Origin: a virus
Reading direction: 5' to 3' (one strand)
Virus record (IMG/VR): IMGVR_UViG_3300025897_000009
Length of the DNA: 64,000 bases
Shown: positions 9,348 through 18,762 of the stretch, in pieces
How positions within the stretch are numbered: the first letter of the stretch is position 1
Layout: every line of letters begins with the position of its first letter
Position numbers and translations under genes: made by a program
Notes under the pieces: generated by a model
Database searches by the model: none
What the model saw: only the letters and a program-made list of their open reading frames with translations
Told to the model about the DNA's origin: nothing

Positions 9348-11634
9348 ATTCCTCAGGATCCTCTACTTGAAATGGATCCGCAGTTTTATTTAGTGTTTGT
9401 TCTTCTTCAACACTGTCGTCTGTTTTCATATCGTAAGTGTTTTGATAGTAAGATGTTTTCCATCCATACTTATATGTATTGAGTAAGTCGGTCGCCATCA
9501 TTGAGATAGGAACTTCATTGTTCTCATAGTTCTCAGGGTTGTATGACCAATTACCTGAGATCCCTTGATCAAAGAACTTCTGCATTACAGATACAACCTT
9601 GATGTATCCATCATTATCAGGCATGTCCCATAACAAAGTGTAATAAGACATTAACTTTTTATATCCTGGAACTATTTGCTTGAGAGGTCCTTTCTTTGAT
9701 TTTTTAACAGATAAGAAATCTCTTGGGGGTTCGATACCATTGGTTTCGTTAGATACCACTGAAGATGACTCACTAGGCATCTGTGCTGTAAGTGTAGAAT
9801 GTCGTAAACCAAAATCTTTAATATTAGCACGCAATGCTTCCCAATCACATTTGTATTCAGGTTTAACTAATTCATCGACTTCTTTCTTATAGTGATCAAT
9901 AGGCAGTAATCCTTCTGAGTATTTGGTTCTATCGTACCCATCACACGCACCTCTTTCTCTTGCTAGATCATTAGATGCTTTGAGTAGATTGTATTGAAAT
10001 GCTTCTGTAAGTTCGTGTACAACTTTGTGTGCTTCTGGATCAGAATACTTTACTTTATGTCTTGCTAGATAATGTGCTAATCCTATGTATCCTATTCCTA
10101 AACTTCTTCTAGACTTAGTAGATCTTTCTGCTGCGATAACTGGATATTGCTGATAATCGATAACTTCTTCTAGACCTCTTACTGCCAAATCACAAAGATT
10201 AGGCAATTCAGATAGATCGTCTTTAAGTGTGCCCACATTAATAGCAGATAAAATGCATAAAGCAATCTCACCCTGTCCGTCAATGTGGTCTATAGGAACT
10301 GTGGGTAAGGTAATTTCTTGACACAAGTTAGACATGTTGATTTTATCTAAGAATGAACTATGACTGTTAGAATGATCAATGTTCATGATATAGATTCTAC
10401 CAGTCTCTGCTCTTTCTTTGAGCATATCAGTAATCAGTTCTCTAGCACTTACTTTCTTTTTGGGTACTGAAGTTGCTCTTTCGTACTTCTCATACATCTC
10501 GTCAAACTCAGGTGTACCAAAGGCATCGTACAATCCTGGAACATCATGAGGTGAGAATAGAGTTATCTCACCATCACTTAAGAATCTTTCGTAGAAGAGT
10601 TTACTGAGTTGGATGCTGTAGTCGAGTTTTCTGACTCGGTTGTCTTCTGATCCTTTGTTGTTTTTGAGAACGAGGACATCTTCGATTTCAGCATGCCATA
10701 TAGGGAAATGCACTGTTGCTGAACCACCTCGTACTCCATTTTGAGTGCAGCAACGAACTGTTGCTTCAAATTTTTTAAGGAAGGGAATAACTCCTGTATG
10801 TTGAACTTCTCCTCCTCGAATTTTCGAACCGATCCCACGGATCCTACCAGCATTGATACCAATTCCTGCCCTTTGAGCAACATAACGACCCACAGCCATA
10901 TCAGAACTAAAAATAGAACCCAAAGTATCGTCAGTATCAACAAGAACACATGATGCAAACTGTCTAAGAGGAGTTCGCACACCTGCCATAATCGGTGTCG
11001 GAATGTTGATTTTAAATGTTGAAATTGCATCGTAATACCTCTTTATATAACTGAGTCTGGTTTCTTTCGGGTAATTGTGAAAGAGTACACATGCGATGCA
11101 CATGTACATGAACTGTGGTGTTTCAAAAACTATGTTTGTTGATCTATCTTGTACCAGATACTTATCAACCACTTGTCGCAAACCAGCATATGTAAATTCT
11201 AAATCTCTATCATGTTTAATAAAAGAATCTATCTTATCCCATTCTTCATCAGTGTAGTATGTTATTAAATTGCCATCATACACACCTTGCTTATTGTTTC
11301 GGATAATCATGTCTTTAATGGGTGGATAGATGTCTTGATCTTTCCATTTAGTATTAAAGACTTGTTTGCGTATAAGGAATAGAAGTAATCTGGCAGCAAC
11401 ATACTGATAGTTTGGACTTTCTAAAGATATAAGATCGGATGCTGATTTGATCAATATGTTTTGTATATCTGTAGATGTTATACCATCAAAGAATTGTAAC
11501 CCACTATTCATTTCAACCAATGATTCAGACACACCTGTAATACCATTACATGCTGCTGATACCATTTTATGAATCTTATCTAGATTGAGTTCTTCTTTCG
11601 TGCCGTCTCTTTTTACAATAGAAATGTTTTCCAT
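9328..11634 (-). CDS. nrdA: Ribonucleotide reductase class Ia alpha subunit
   Basis: ATP-cone VKRDG, QFASC, SNLCQEI, C-terminal CDAC. Confidence 0.97.
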   Translation of the reverse strand: MENISIVKRDGTKEELNLDKIHKMVSAACNGITGVSESLVEMNSGLQFFDGITSTDIQNILIKSASDLISLESPNYQYVAARLLLFLIRKQVFNTKWKDQDIYPPIKDMIIRNNKQGVYDGNLITYYTDEEWDKIDSFIKHDRDLEFTYAGLRQVVDKYLVQDRSTNIVFETPQFMYMCIACVLFHNYPKETRLSYIKRYYDAISTFKINIPTPIMAGVRTPLRQFASCVLVDTDDTLGSIFSSDMAVGRYVAQRAGIGINAGRIRGIGSKIRGGEVQHTGVIPFLKKFEATVRCCTQNGVRGGSATVHFPIWHAEIEDVLVLKNNKGSEDNRVRKLDYSIQLSKLFYERFLSDGEITLFSPHDVPGLYDAFGTPEFDEMYEKYERATSVPKKKVSARELITDMLKERAETGRIYIMNIDHSNSHSSFLDKINMSNLCQEITLPTVPIDHIDGQGEIALCILSAINVGTLKDDLSELPNLCDLAVRGLEEVIDYQQYPVIAAERSTKSRRSLGIGYIGLAHYLARHKVKYSDPEAHKVVHELTEAFQYNLLKASNDLARERGACDGYDRTKYSEGLLPIDHYKKEVDELVKPEYKCDWEALRANIKDFGLRHSTLTAQMPSESSSVVSNETNGIEPPRDFLSVKKSKKGPLKQIVPGYKKLMSYYTLLWDMPDNDGYIKVVSVMQKFFDQGISGNWSYNPENYENNEVPISMMATDLLNTYKYGWKTSYYQNTYDMKTDDSVEEEQTLNKTADPFQVEDPEECDACNI

Positions 11635-12629
11635 TATGTCCTCTTATATTGTCCTAGTTTCAATTTTGCTGATAATCCTTGATAGACATTATTTTCTATC
11701 GTATCCATTACTGTATCTATACCCAAAGCATTCACCATTTCATTGATGTCTTTGAGTTCTCCTATTCTTTTGTCATCCCAAATAACCACTCGCCATCCAT
11801 CTTCAATGACTTGGGAAATTTTATTTAGAATTTGTATAGATCTTGGTTCGTTGTCGTAAATGAGTATTGCTTGTTCTTTAAGTCCTTCATCTAGTTTACC
11901 AAAATCTGATCCTGCCACTGCTATACTATTGGGCAAGAATAAACTATCTAGTGGTCCTTCTGTGACATAGATAGGTTGAGTCGCGTCAATCTTATTGAGA
12001 TTGAAGATAAGTGGTTCGTTCTCATCAAACTTCATGGTAAGATAACGAAGATTGCTATCACCAATGGCTCGACCTGTGACACCTATAAGTGTGCCATCAA
12101 GAGAGTAGAAAGGCAAGATGATTCTCGCATCATTGCCTAAGATTCTCTCACGATACTTATCGCATATACTACTTAGTTCTTGTGCGTTTCTAATGAACCA
12201 TATGTCTTTCCATGCTTCTTCAGGTATGTTTCTATTGACAAGATACTCCTTTGCCTCTTCTACATTGACTGCCTTTTCGCACACTTTAGACAAAGGATGC
12301 TTGGGTTTGAACTTGGGTTTAAAAGCATGAGAGGGTGGAAGTTTTTGTTTCTTCTTACCACCATATATCTCTTTGATAAATTCTTTATAGAGTATAGAAT
12401 CTTGTTCTTTTAGGAATGCTTTGAATGAAGTGGACATACCACAGTTGTGGCATTTGTATACATAACTGCCTTTGTATAAGAAGTGATATCCTCTTGCTTT
12501 GTGTTCATGCTTTTCACTATCACCACAATATGGGCAACTATGGTTTAATAGATCTTCGGTCTTCCATTTAGCATTGCTGAATCTGGGAGTAACCAGACGC
12601 AAATACTTTTTCTCTAACCATAATGTCAT
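11634..12629 (-). CDS. 61: DNA primase (T4 gp61-like)
   Basis: CPYCGDS...CHNCG zinc finger, TEGPLDS and DNEPR TOPRIM motifs. Confidence 0.95.
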   Translation of the reverse strand: MTLWLEKKYLRLVTPRFSNAKWKTEDLLNHSCPYCGDSEKHEHKARGYHFLYKGSYVYKCHNCGMSTSFKAFLKEQDSILYKEFIKEIYGGKKKQKLPPSHAFKPKFKPKHPLSKVCEKAVNVEEAKEYLVNRNIPEEAWKDIWFIRNAQELSSICDKYRERILGNDARIILPFYSLDGTLIGVTGRAIGDSNLRYLTMKFDENEPLIFNLNKIDATQPIYVTEGPLDSLFLPNSIAVAGSDFGKLDEGLKEQAILIYDNEPRSIQILNKISQVIEDGWRVVIWDDKRIGELKDINEMVNALGIDTVMDTIENNVYQGLSAKLKLGQYKRT

Positions 12630-12635
12630 ACAGAT

Positions 12636-12664
12636 ATTGTACTCTATAATCGGAATGTTGTAAA
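12636..12664 (-). promoter_or_regulatory. Phage promoter (TTTACA-N17-TACAAT)
   Basis: 6 nt before the primase ATG. Confidence 0.75.
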
Positions 12665-12671
12665 GGTGGTT

Positions 12672-13040
12672 TTAGTTTTCTAGATCTTTTTCTAGATCTC
12701 TATAGTATTCAACTATGGAGATTATCTTTAATATGTATGCTTTCATTTCAGCAGTATTATAAGATAAGTTTTTGTAGTCATCTGGGGAAAGAGCATAGTA
12801 TGCTAACTCTGGTGCTAGACCTTGATCAACAAGATCTAAATACTCTCTCATGACATCAGGAGTTAATACTTTCCATTTGATTGGTTGTGTACTCACACCT
12901 GTGGGCATGGGTGGATGATACAAAGGAATGTTCATCGTTGCCCTGTTTACTTGTACTTCAGATATCTGTGGTTGATATCCACCAAGCATTGAACAACCAC
13001 TAATCGTTAGGATTGCTATTATCGTTGCTATCTTCTTCAT
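12672..13040 (-). CDS. Lipoprotein, probable o-spanin
   Basis: Signal peptide with ISGC lipobox, Pro-rich stretch; overlaps upstream TM/coiled-coil gene. Confidence 0.6.
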   Translation of the reverse strand: MKKIATIIAILTISGCSMLGGYQPQISEVQVNRATMNIPLYHPPMPTGVSTQPIKWKVLTPDVMREYLDLVDQGLAPELAYYALSPDDYKNLSYNTAEMKAYILKIISIVEYYRDLEKDLEN

Positions 13041-13428
13041 ATTGTTCTGGGTCAGTTAGGTTTTCAATATCTTTAAAAACACCTGTTGTGCCTTTGTTAA
13101 TAATCTTTTCAATAAGTCCAGGTTTCCCAAGAGTAAGTCTGTCCATATCATGACCTGCATACTTGTCAGCGAGGTCTTTGATCTGCTTATCAGCATCCCT
13201 TGCCTTTTTAGTCAACTCCGAATTTGCCTTCTGCATTTGCTCAAAATTGCCCTTAATTTGTTCCAAATTGGCATTCAAATCTGCGATTTCATTGCGAAAT
13301 TTGGTCTCATTTGCAACTGCCCTACCTATGTCACCCATTAGGGTCTCTATCTTACTGGAAGTGTAGTTGTAGTATAAAAAGAATGCAAGGCAAACCGATG
13401 CCAATGCTCCTATAAGTATTTTAGACAT
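13000..13428 (-). CDS. Probable i-spanin
   Basis: Single N-terminal TM followed by long coiled coil. Confidence 0.6.
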   Translation of the reverse strand: MSKILIGALASVCLAFFLYYNYTSSKIETLMGDIGRAVANETKFRNEIADLNANLEQIKGNFEQMQKANSELTKKARDADKQIKDLADKYAGHDMDRLTLGKPGLIEKIINKGTTGVFKDIENLTDPEQYEEDSNDNSNPND

Positions 13429-13721
13429 ATCTCTTTTATCTCACCTGTTTGGTTGTTTTCTAGAACACATGTGTATCCTCTCTTCAAGTCAAACTCTAAA
13501 AGTTTATGTTCATCATCTATGATACTATCGTATTCTTCTCCAGTAAACTGGGTTCTGGTAAAAAGTTTAAAATCTTTATCATCTAAAGAATGTTTCTTTT
13601 TTTTCTTTTTTCGCCAAGTTGCTATATCGTCACCTGTACCTACTACAGATGCACCTGTTGCGTTCACAGGTGCTTCTTCTTTCATTTTCTGAAACATGGT
13701 CTGTAGTTCTAACCAATTCAT
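13410..13721 (-). CDS. Hypothetical protein
   Basis: EEAPVNATG motif, Lys run. Confidence 0.65.
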   Translation of the reverse strand: MNWLELQTMFQKMKEEAPVNATGASVVGTGDDIATWRKKKKKKHSLDDKDFKLFTRTQFTGEEYDSIIDDEHKLLEFDLKRGYTCVLENNQTGEIKEICLKYL

Positions 13722-14281
13722 TTTACATCATCCCCTGTGATGAAAACAATGTCACCATATTCGTGTAATGCTGCATATACAGATACACCAAACACTTTAC
13801 CTTTCTGTTCTAAAATGCTAACTTGAGTGCGGTGATCATAGATCTTGTCGTTTTGTTCTAATCTTCTACGAATGTAGTATTTGCCACCAAGTACAAGTTC
13901 GTCCAAATAGATACCCTCATTAATTTCTTCTGCTGTAAGGGATCCCTCTTCCTTGATGTGATGATAAACTTTCTCACATAACTCTTCCATCTGATCTCTA
14001 TTGAGATCTTGATCTTCTTTAAGTAATGCGAGTGCTACTGCATAAGATGCTAATCTGGTTTTACCAAATGGCACCTTCTCTATGATTTTTTTAAGATTAA
14101 AGACTAATCTGTGTAAAAATGAATAAGCATTACGATCTTCGGTTGATAATAACTCTCGCTCTTTGATGCGAGTGCCTTTATCATCAATGATTCCTAGTTC
14201 GTATGCTTTTTGTTTTTTGAATGGTGTGGTTAGAAGTCGAAGTATTCTAAAAACTATTAATGTGTCTACTACTCTTGGCAT
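13718..14281 (-). CDS. Conserved T4-like hypothetical protein
   Basis: FRILRLLTTPF, AYELGIID, FLHRLVFNLK motifs. Confidence 0.75.
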   Translation of the reverse strand: MPRVVDTLIVFRILRLLTTPFKKQKAYELGIIDDKGTRIKERELLSTEDRNAYSFLHRLVFNLKKIIEKVPFGKTRLASYAVALALLKEDQDLNRDQMEELCEKVYHHIKEEGSLTAEEINEGIYLDELVLGGKYYIRRRLEQNDKIYDHRTQVSILEQKGKVFGVSVYAALHEYGDIVFITGDDVK

Positions 14282-14658
14282 TATAATTTTCTCAAAAGTT
14301 CTGTGACTGTCATGTCAATTTGGATTTCAGGTTTATAATCTTCCTGTACATATCCAAGATATAATAACATCGTCTTAATTGTTCCCCAATACTTAGTCTT
14401 CTTTAATGGAATTTTGTATTCTAACATTCGATGACCAGCATCAAATCCAAATACATTGAACAGTACGATGAGATGATTTAAGAGCAATCGCTCTTTTAAT
14501 TCACCTTGCTCGTGATAACGATACAACAATCTTTTGAGATATCTAAATCTGCGTAGATCATCGTAGAACTCATCAATGCTTTCGCATTGTGGGTTATCGT
14601 AGTATTTGATTGCGTACAATGTAAAGTTGTCGCTGTTTAACTTGTCAAACAATTCCAT
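14281..14658 (-). CDS. Conserved T4-like hypothetical protein
   Basis: YDNPQC..IDEFYDDLRRFRYLKRL, RLLLNHLIVLFNVFG. Confidence 0.75.
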   Translation of the reverse strand: MELFDKLNSDNFTLYAIKYYDNPQCESIDEFYDDLRRFRYLKRLLYRYHEQGELKERLLLNHLIVLFNVFGFDAGHRMLEYKIPLKKTKYWGTIKTMLLYLGYVQEDYKPEIQIDMTVTELLRKL

Positions 14659-14682
14659 AATGTAAAATATATTTAGTCTGTT

Positions 14683-15126
14683 TTAGACTAATGAACCAAA
14701 TACTTTATATGATCCAGTTTGTTCGTGCCTTTCCCAAGCAATCTTGAGAGATCTTCCAGCACCTCTTTGCCCATCATCAACTGTGATTTCTTCAGGACCC
14801 TCTTCGCCAGTCTTTCCAAAAGTACCACCAAATTGAGTGATTGGCATTGAGACCTCACCACTAGTGGTAAGGTCTTGTTCATTGATTGCCAATAGATCGA
14901 AATCTACACCAATAGTTTGCAACTTTTGGTATAGTTGATGAACAGCAGATTCTACATTTAGAAACTCTCTCTCAGCCATTGAACCTAACCATGAGTTAAC
15001 TCTGTTAACTACTTGATCATCTTCAATGTAATGTGCTCCTGGAGATACTTGTGACATATCTGCAGATGCACCAGCAAAAGCACCTAGTGTTTCGCTTTCG
15101 TTGATAAACTGTCTAAATTTTTTCAT
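14683..15126 (-). CDS. Hypothetical protein with capsid-targeting-like N-terminus
   Basis: Begins MKKFRQFINE. Confidence 0.65.
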   Translation of the reverse strand: MKKFRQFINESETLGAFAGASADMSQVSPGAHYIEDDQVVNRVNSWLGSMAEREFLNVESAVHQLYQKLQTIGVDFDLLAINEQDLTTSGEVSMPITQFGGTFGKTGEEGPEEITVDDGQRGAGRSLKIAWERHEQTGSYKVFGSLV

Positions 15127-15144
15127 ACTGTTCTATCCTATTAA

Positions 15145-15684
15145 TTATGCTACACTGATGTCAGCATATGTTCCTGTACCTGTTGCACCGACTCTGTCAC
15201 CAGTGACGAATGCTTTATCTGATACAGTTGATGTACCATCGTCTACGATAGTACCACTGATTGTTTGTGCACCAATTGATAAATCTTCAGTTTGTGATGG
15301 AACTGTGAATGTGAATTCTGCTTTGTTGCTATCAGTTACAGCACTTGCTGTAGCAGTGACAGAACCTGTAACAGATCCTGTGACAACTAATGTAGCACCA
15401 TTAGTAACATCAACTCTTTCATTCCATGCAACAACAACTGTTCCTGTATCACCTTGATCGTAAGATGCGTCTTTAAAGTAGACAGAAGTAATTGTTGCCT
15501 CTGCTATAGCAGTAGCAAGATTGTTACCACCAGATACAGCAACTAATAATTCTGTTTGAACTCTAGAACCTACAGTTTTATCGATTTTCCAACCAGTCGC
15601 ATCAGCATATGTTCTTGTTTTTTCTTCGGTAGTAAGATATTTTGGTTTATCTTCAGCACCGTCTGTTATACCCCATAATGGCAT
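15145..15684 (-). CDS. Probable virion structural protein
   Basis: MPLWG start; Thr/Val/Gly-rich beta-strand composition. Confidence 0.55.
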   Translation of the reverse strand: MPLWGITDGAEDKPKYLTTEEKTRTYADATGWKIDKTVGSRVQTELLVAVSGGNNLATAIAEATITSVYFKDASYDQGDTGTVVVAWNERVDVTNGATLVVTGSVTGSVTATASAVTDSNKAEFTFTVPSQTEDLSIGAQTISGTIVDDGTSTVSDKAFVTGDRVGATGTGTYADISVA

Positions 15685-15693
15685 GATTTTCTC

Positions 15694-15945
15694 CTAGTCT
15701 CTAAATGCTACACTTGTAGCATGTATACTTGCGGATGCTACCAGAGTATCTGTAGGACTTTTCTCTATTAAGATTGATCCAGATGCTGGTAGAAACGCAG
15801 TTCCTATTGTTGAAGCACCACTGGTTGCTAGAGTAACCTCTACAGCACTAGTGGTGGTGTTAACGACAAAACAAAGTGATGCTGAATCTACATTATCTGC
15901 AGAACCTAAAGCAGTTGCACTTCCTAATATTTTTAATACTTTCAT
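15694..15945 (-). CDS. Small probable virion protein
   Basis: Ala/Ser/Thr-rich beta composition, IEK.PTD motif. Confidence 0.5.
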   Translation of the reverse strand: MKVLKILGSATALGSADNVDSASLCFVVNTTTSAVEVTLATSGASTIGTAFLPASGSILIEKSPTDTLVASASIHATSVAFRD

Positions 15946-16725
15946 TTATCGTCCTAATTTTTTCGCCACACCTAAAATTTTAGATATGGTTTGTTGAAAA
16001 CTTCTTTTGTCCTTTTGTAGCAACTTGAGATACTGTGCTCTCGTTGCTGGTTTAATTTTATTTAGCATCATATGAACAATCTTTGCATCATTTGCTTTGA
16101 ATGGAAACTTCTTAAGGTCATCTGTTGTGACAGTATAAGGTTTGTTCCCATCTGCTGCTTTTTTAATTTGGTTGAAGATGTTTCTATCTGCTTGGTCTTG
16201 CTGTCCACCTTTAGAGTTCTTCTTACTCTTAAAGGCATCCATAGCAGTTTGTCTTACATCATCATCACCTGCTTCAGCATACTTGCCTCCAGCCATTTTA
16301 GAGATCTTATCTAATTTCATATTTAGATCTCTATCATTCTTTGCTTGAGCAACTGCTCTAGCAATCTTCTTATTTCCAGCATTACTTGCCATACCAAAGT
16401 CGCCAAGTGCTGCTTCCATAATTTGCTTAGTTATAACGATGTTCTCTTGAACATTTTTGATATAACCCAGTCTTCTTAACTTTTCTTTAAAGTTTCTCAA
16501 TCTTCCATCCAATTTGCTAAACTCTTCATCAGTTGCCTGAATCACCTTATTAGTTATTTTGTGAAATACATGCCCATGCATTTTCACTGCCTCTTTCTTT
16601 TTTTCAGCAAATTCATCTGCACTTAATGGTTTATCCAACCCATGCATTTTAATTGCTTTCATTGCCTTTACCCAATCAGGGTGATTCTCATCCTTGGCAA
16701 GAGGAATAAGATAATAATGCTTCAT
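15946..16725 (-). CDS. Hypothetical basic protein
   Basis: Long coupled ORF. Confidence 0.7.
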   Translation of the reverse strand: MKHYYLIPLAKDENHPDWVKAMKAIKMHGLDKPLSADEFAEKKKEAVKMHGHVFHKITNKVIQATDEEFSKLDGRLRNFKEKLRRLGYIKNVQENIVITKQIMEAALGDFGMASNAGNKKIARAVAQAKNDRDLNMKLDKISKMAGGKYAEAGDDDVRQTAMDAFKSKKNSKGGQQDQADRNIFNQIKKAADGNKPYTVTTDDLKKFPFKANDAKIVHMMLNKIKPATRAQYLKLLQKDKRSFQQTISKILGVAKKLGR

Positions 16726-16729
16726 AACT

Positions 16730-17308
16730 TTATGCTGGTTTTGCTTTACCGATTTTGCCTTTTACAACTCCTTTCTTCTTAGCAGGAGTAAATAATTGCT
16801 TAGATGCATGCATATGTGCTTCAGATTTTGTTATCTTTAGTTCTTCGATAGGCATTGCTCTTTTGAGTCCCACTCTTTCGAATACAACATCATAATGAGA
16901 TACAGTACCATCTTCTGCTAAAGTATGTTCTGTAGATACACATTCACCTAAACCAAACTCTTCATGAGCAACATGGGTTGCGCAATCATGAGCGATACCA
17001 CCATTTGCTTTTGATGGTTCGTTTGCTTCTTCGACTTCATCTTTATCTTTTTTAGATTTACGATGAGGGATATCGGCACCCTTCTCTTCGTCTTTGACAT
17101 TTTTTGTTATTGCTTTGCGTCTTTTGGTAAGATACTTGTCAGTTGAATCATGGTCACCATCGTTATCGATGTCTTTGTCACCATGACCTACAGGATCCAT
17201 TCCTTCACCATCATCATCTTTATCAGTGACAGGTGCTTTCTTAGATTTCTCTAGCAGTTCTTTAACTGCTTCTTGCATAGGGTCTGTTTTTAAGTCTCGG
17301 TATTCCAT
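16730..17308 (-). CDS. Hypothetical protein, possible head-internal protein
   Basis: DIDNDGD EF-hand-like loop and His/Cys-rich C-terminal domain. Confidence 0.65.
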   Translation of the reverse strand: MEYRDLKTDPMQEAVKELLEKSKKAPVTDKDDDGEGMDPVGHGDKDIDNDGDHDSTDKYLTKRRKAITKNVKDEEKGADIPHRKSKKDKDEVEEANEPSKANGGIAHDCATHVAHEEFGLGECVSTEHTLAEDGTVSHYDVVFERVGLKRAMPIEELKITKSEAHMHASKQLFTPAKKKGVVKGKIGKAKPA

Positions 17309-17316
17309 TGCTCTTC

Positions 17317-17826
17317 CTATTTTACTAGATTTATGTTAAGTCTCTTCGCATGTTTGTTGAAGATATCTCTAACAGTTTTGTTTTTGTTTTCGGGTCTCAT
17401 GAAATCATCTGCTAATTCATCATCAGATAAGTATTTCATTTCTAAATCCCTGATCAATTTAACTCCTTTTGGCGAACCTACTTTGGTGTTGCCTGGAACA
17501 CTCTTCATTAACTTCTGAAACCCTTTGATTGCATTACCTTTAATTCTTGGATTGCTATCAAAGATACCAAATGCCATGGTTCCTTCTGTGACTTCAAATT
17601 GACTAATTCTTTTTTTAAGTTTGAGATAATCTAATGCGAGTTGCTCAGGATTCTCTATTAGTTGCTGGATAGTTTCCTGAAGATCCACTTCTGTTGTGAC
17701 TTCTTCTAATAATGCATCTATTTCAGCAAATGCTTCTTGCTTCTGTGTGTTTTCTTCGAGCACAGGAGCCATTTGCCCTCTGACACTATCGAGTTGGTCT
17801 TTCCAAGATTGTCTATAATTTGCCAT
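17317..17826 (-). CDS. Hypothetical protein
   Basis: ORF downstream of late promoter at 17848-17855. Confidence 0.7.
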   Translation of the reverse strand: MANYRQSWKDQLDSVRGQMAPVLEENTQKQEAFAEIDALLEEVTTEVDLQETIQQLIENPEQLALDYLKLKKRISQFEVTEGTMAFGIFDSNPRIKGNAIKGFQKLMKSVPGNTKVGSPKGVKLIRDLEMKYLSDDELADDFMRPENKNKTVRDIFNKHAKRLNINLVK

Positions 17827-17847
17827 AGTAGTCTCTCGCTTTTATAT

Positions 17848-17855
17848 TATTTATA
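17848..17855 (-). promoter_or_regulatory. T4-type late promoter TATAAATA
   Basis: Exact consensus in intergenic gap. Confidence 0.65.
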
Positions 17856-17859
17856 TGAT

Positions 17860-18288
17860 TTAATGTTCTAGTTTCTCTATCTTTAGCACTAAATCGTTTA
17901 TTCCTGGGAGTACACGATGGTACATTTCTCCTGGAATGTGATATTCATCACCTTCAATTAATTCTACAGGGAACTCACCATTGTATTGTAGTTGCCATCC
18001 CTGTCCTTCTAGCACTGTAATCTTTCTAGTTTCCTGATCACGATGCCATACAAACTCACTCTCGTCTTGTAAATGATCTAGAGTGCGTATGTTTCCCTCG
18101 TCAATATAAGGTTTACCAATAGAAGTTTCCACCACCTGATAATCCCAATTGACCTGCATATCTAGGCAAATTACATGCCCAATATGCAGCACTTGTTTTG
18201 TCTTTTTGCTGAGCACATTTATGCCTTGCTGCGAATGATTTTCTTGCTGCCTTGTCTTTGAGTTTAATTTTAAGACCAGATGTATCAC
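17860..18288 (-). CDS. Small cupin-fold protein (true start probably near 18135)
   Basis: WHRD...GWQLQ...YHRV; annotated N-terminus overlaps the upstream gene. Confidence 0.6.
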   Translation of the reverse strand: MIHLVLKLNSKTRQQENHSQQGINVLSKKTKQVLHIGHVICLDMQVNWDYQVVETSIGKPYIDEGNIRTLDHLQDESEFVWHRDQETRKITVLEGQGWQLQYNGEFPVELIEGDEYHIPGEMYHRVLPGINDLVLKIEKLEH

Positions 18289-18514
18289 CCCATGTCACCT
18301 TTTTAATGTTGCCTGTAGATGGATCTTTTACATACACATAGTATTTCTTCGGACCACCTGCTTTGGGTTTGTTAAGTTCTACATCTTCCCCATCAACCTT
18401 TGCTTCGATCATGGGTCTTTCTAAAGGAACTGCTCTGCCTTCGTATAGAGCATACTCAGGTTTGTCTGTGAAATCATGATCACATTCGCACCGATGTTCC
18501 TTAAAAGTTTTCAC
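18113..18514 (-). CDS. Conserved T4-like hypothetical protein
   Basis: KKYYVYVK, ARKSFAARHKC, AAYWAC motifs; starts MKTFKEH. Confidence 0.75.
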   Translation of the reverse strand: MKTFKEHRCECDHDFTDKPEYALYEGRAVPLERPMIEAKVDGEDVELNKPKAGGPKKYYVYVKDPSTGNIKKVTWGDTSGLKIKLKDKAARKSFAARHKCAQQKDKTSAAYWACNLPRYAGQLGLSGGGNFYW

Positions 18515-18762
18515 TAAACTGCTCCTTTACCATTCCATTGGACGATGCCATTCATCTTCCATTTGTTTTTCTTAGCAACTGAAATAGGCACAATTGCTTT
18601 ATCTTTCATGTTGCCAGATTTAACCCATATAGATTTCTTTGCTTGTTGTGCTTCTTTTTTATCTGGCACACCTTTAACTATTTTCCACATGTCACCATTG
18701 ACTCTAGTCATAACGATAAATGCTTCTTCTAGTTCTTGTTTATGTTCTAAAAATGTTTTCAT
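18514..18762 (-). CDS. Hypothetical protein, capsid-targeting-like N-terminus
   Basis: MKTFLEHKQELEE. Confidence 0.65.
   Translation of the reverse strand: MKTFLEHKQELEEAFIVMTRVNGDMWKIVKGVPDKKEAQQAKKSIWVKSGNMKDKAIVPISVAKKNKWKMNGIVQWNGKGAV

Noticed and set aside
10578-11030. Nested alternate-frame minus-strand ORFs inside nrdA and the vWA gene
   Set aside because: No motifs or initiation signals; expected by chance from codon bias
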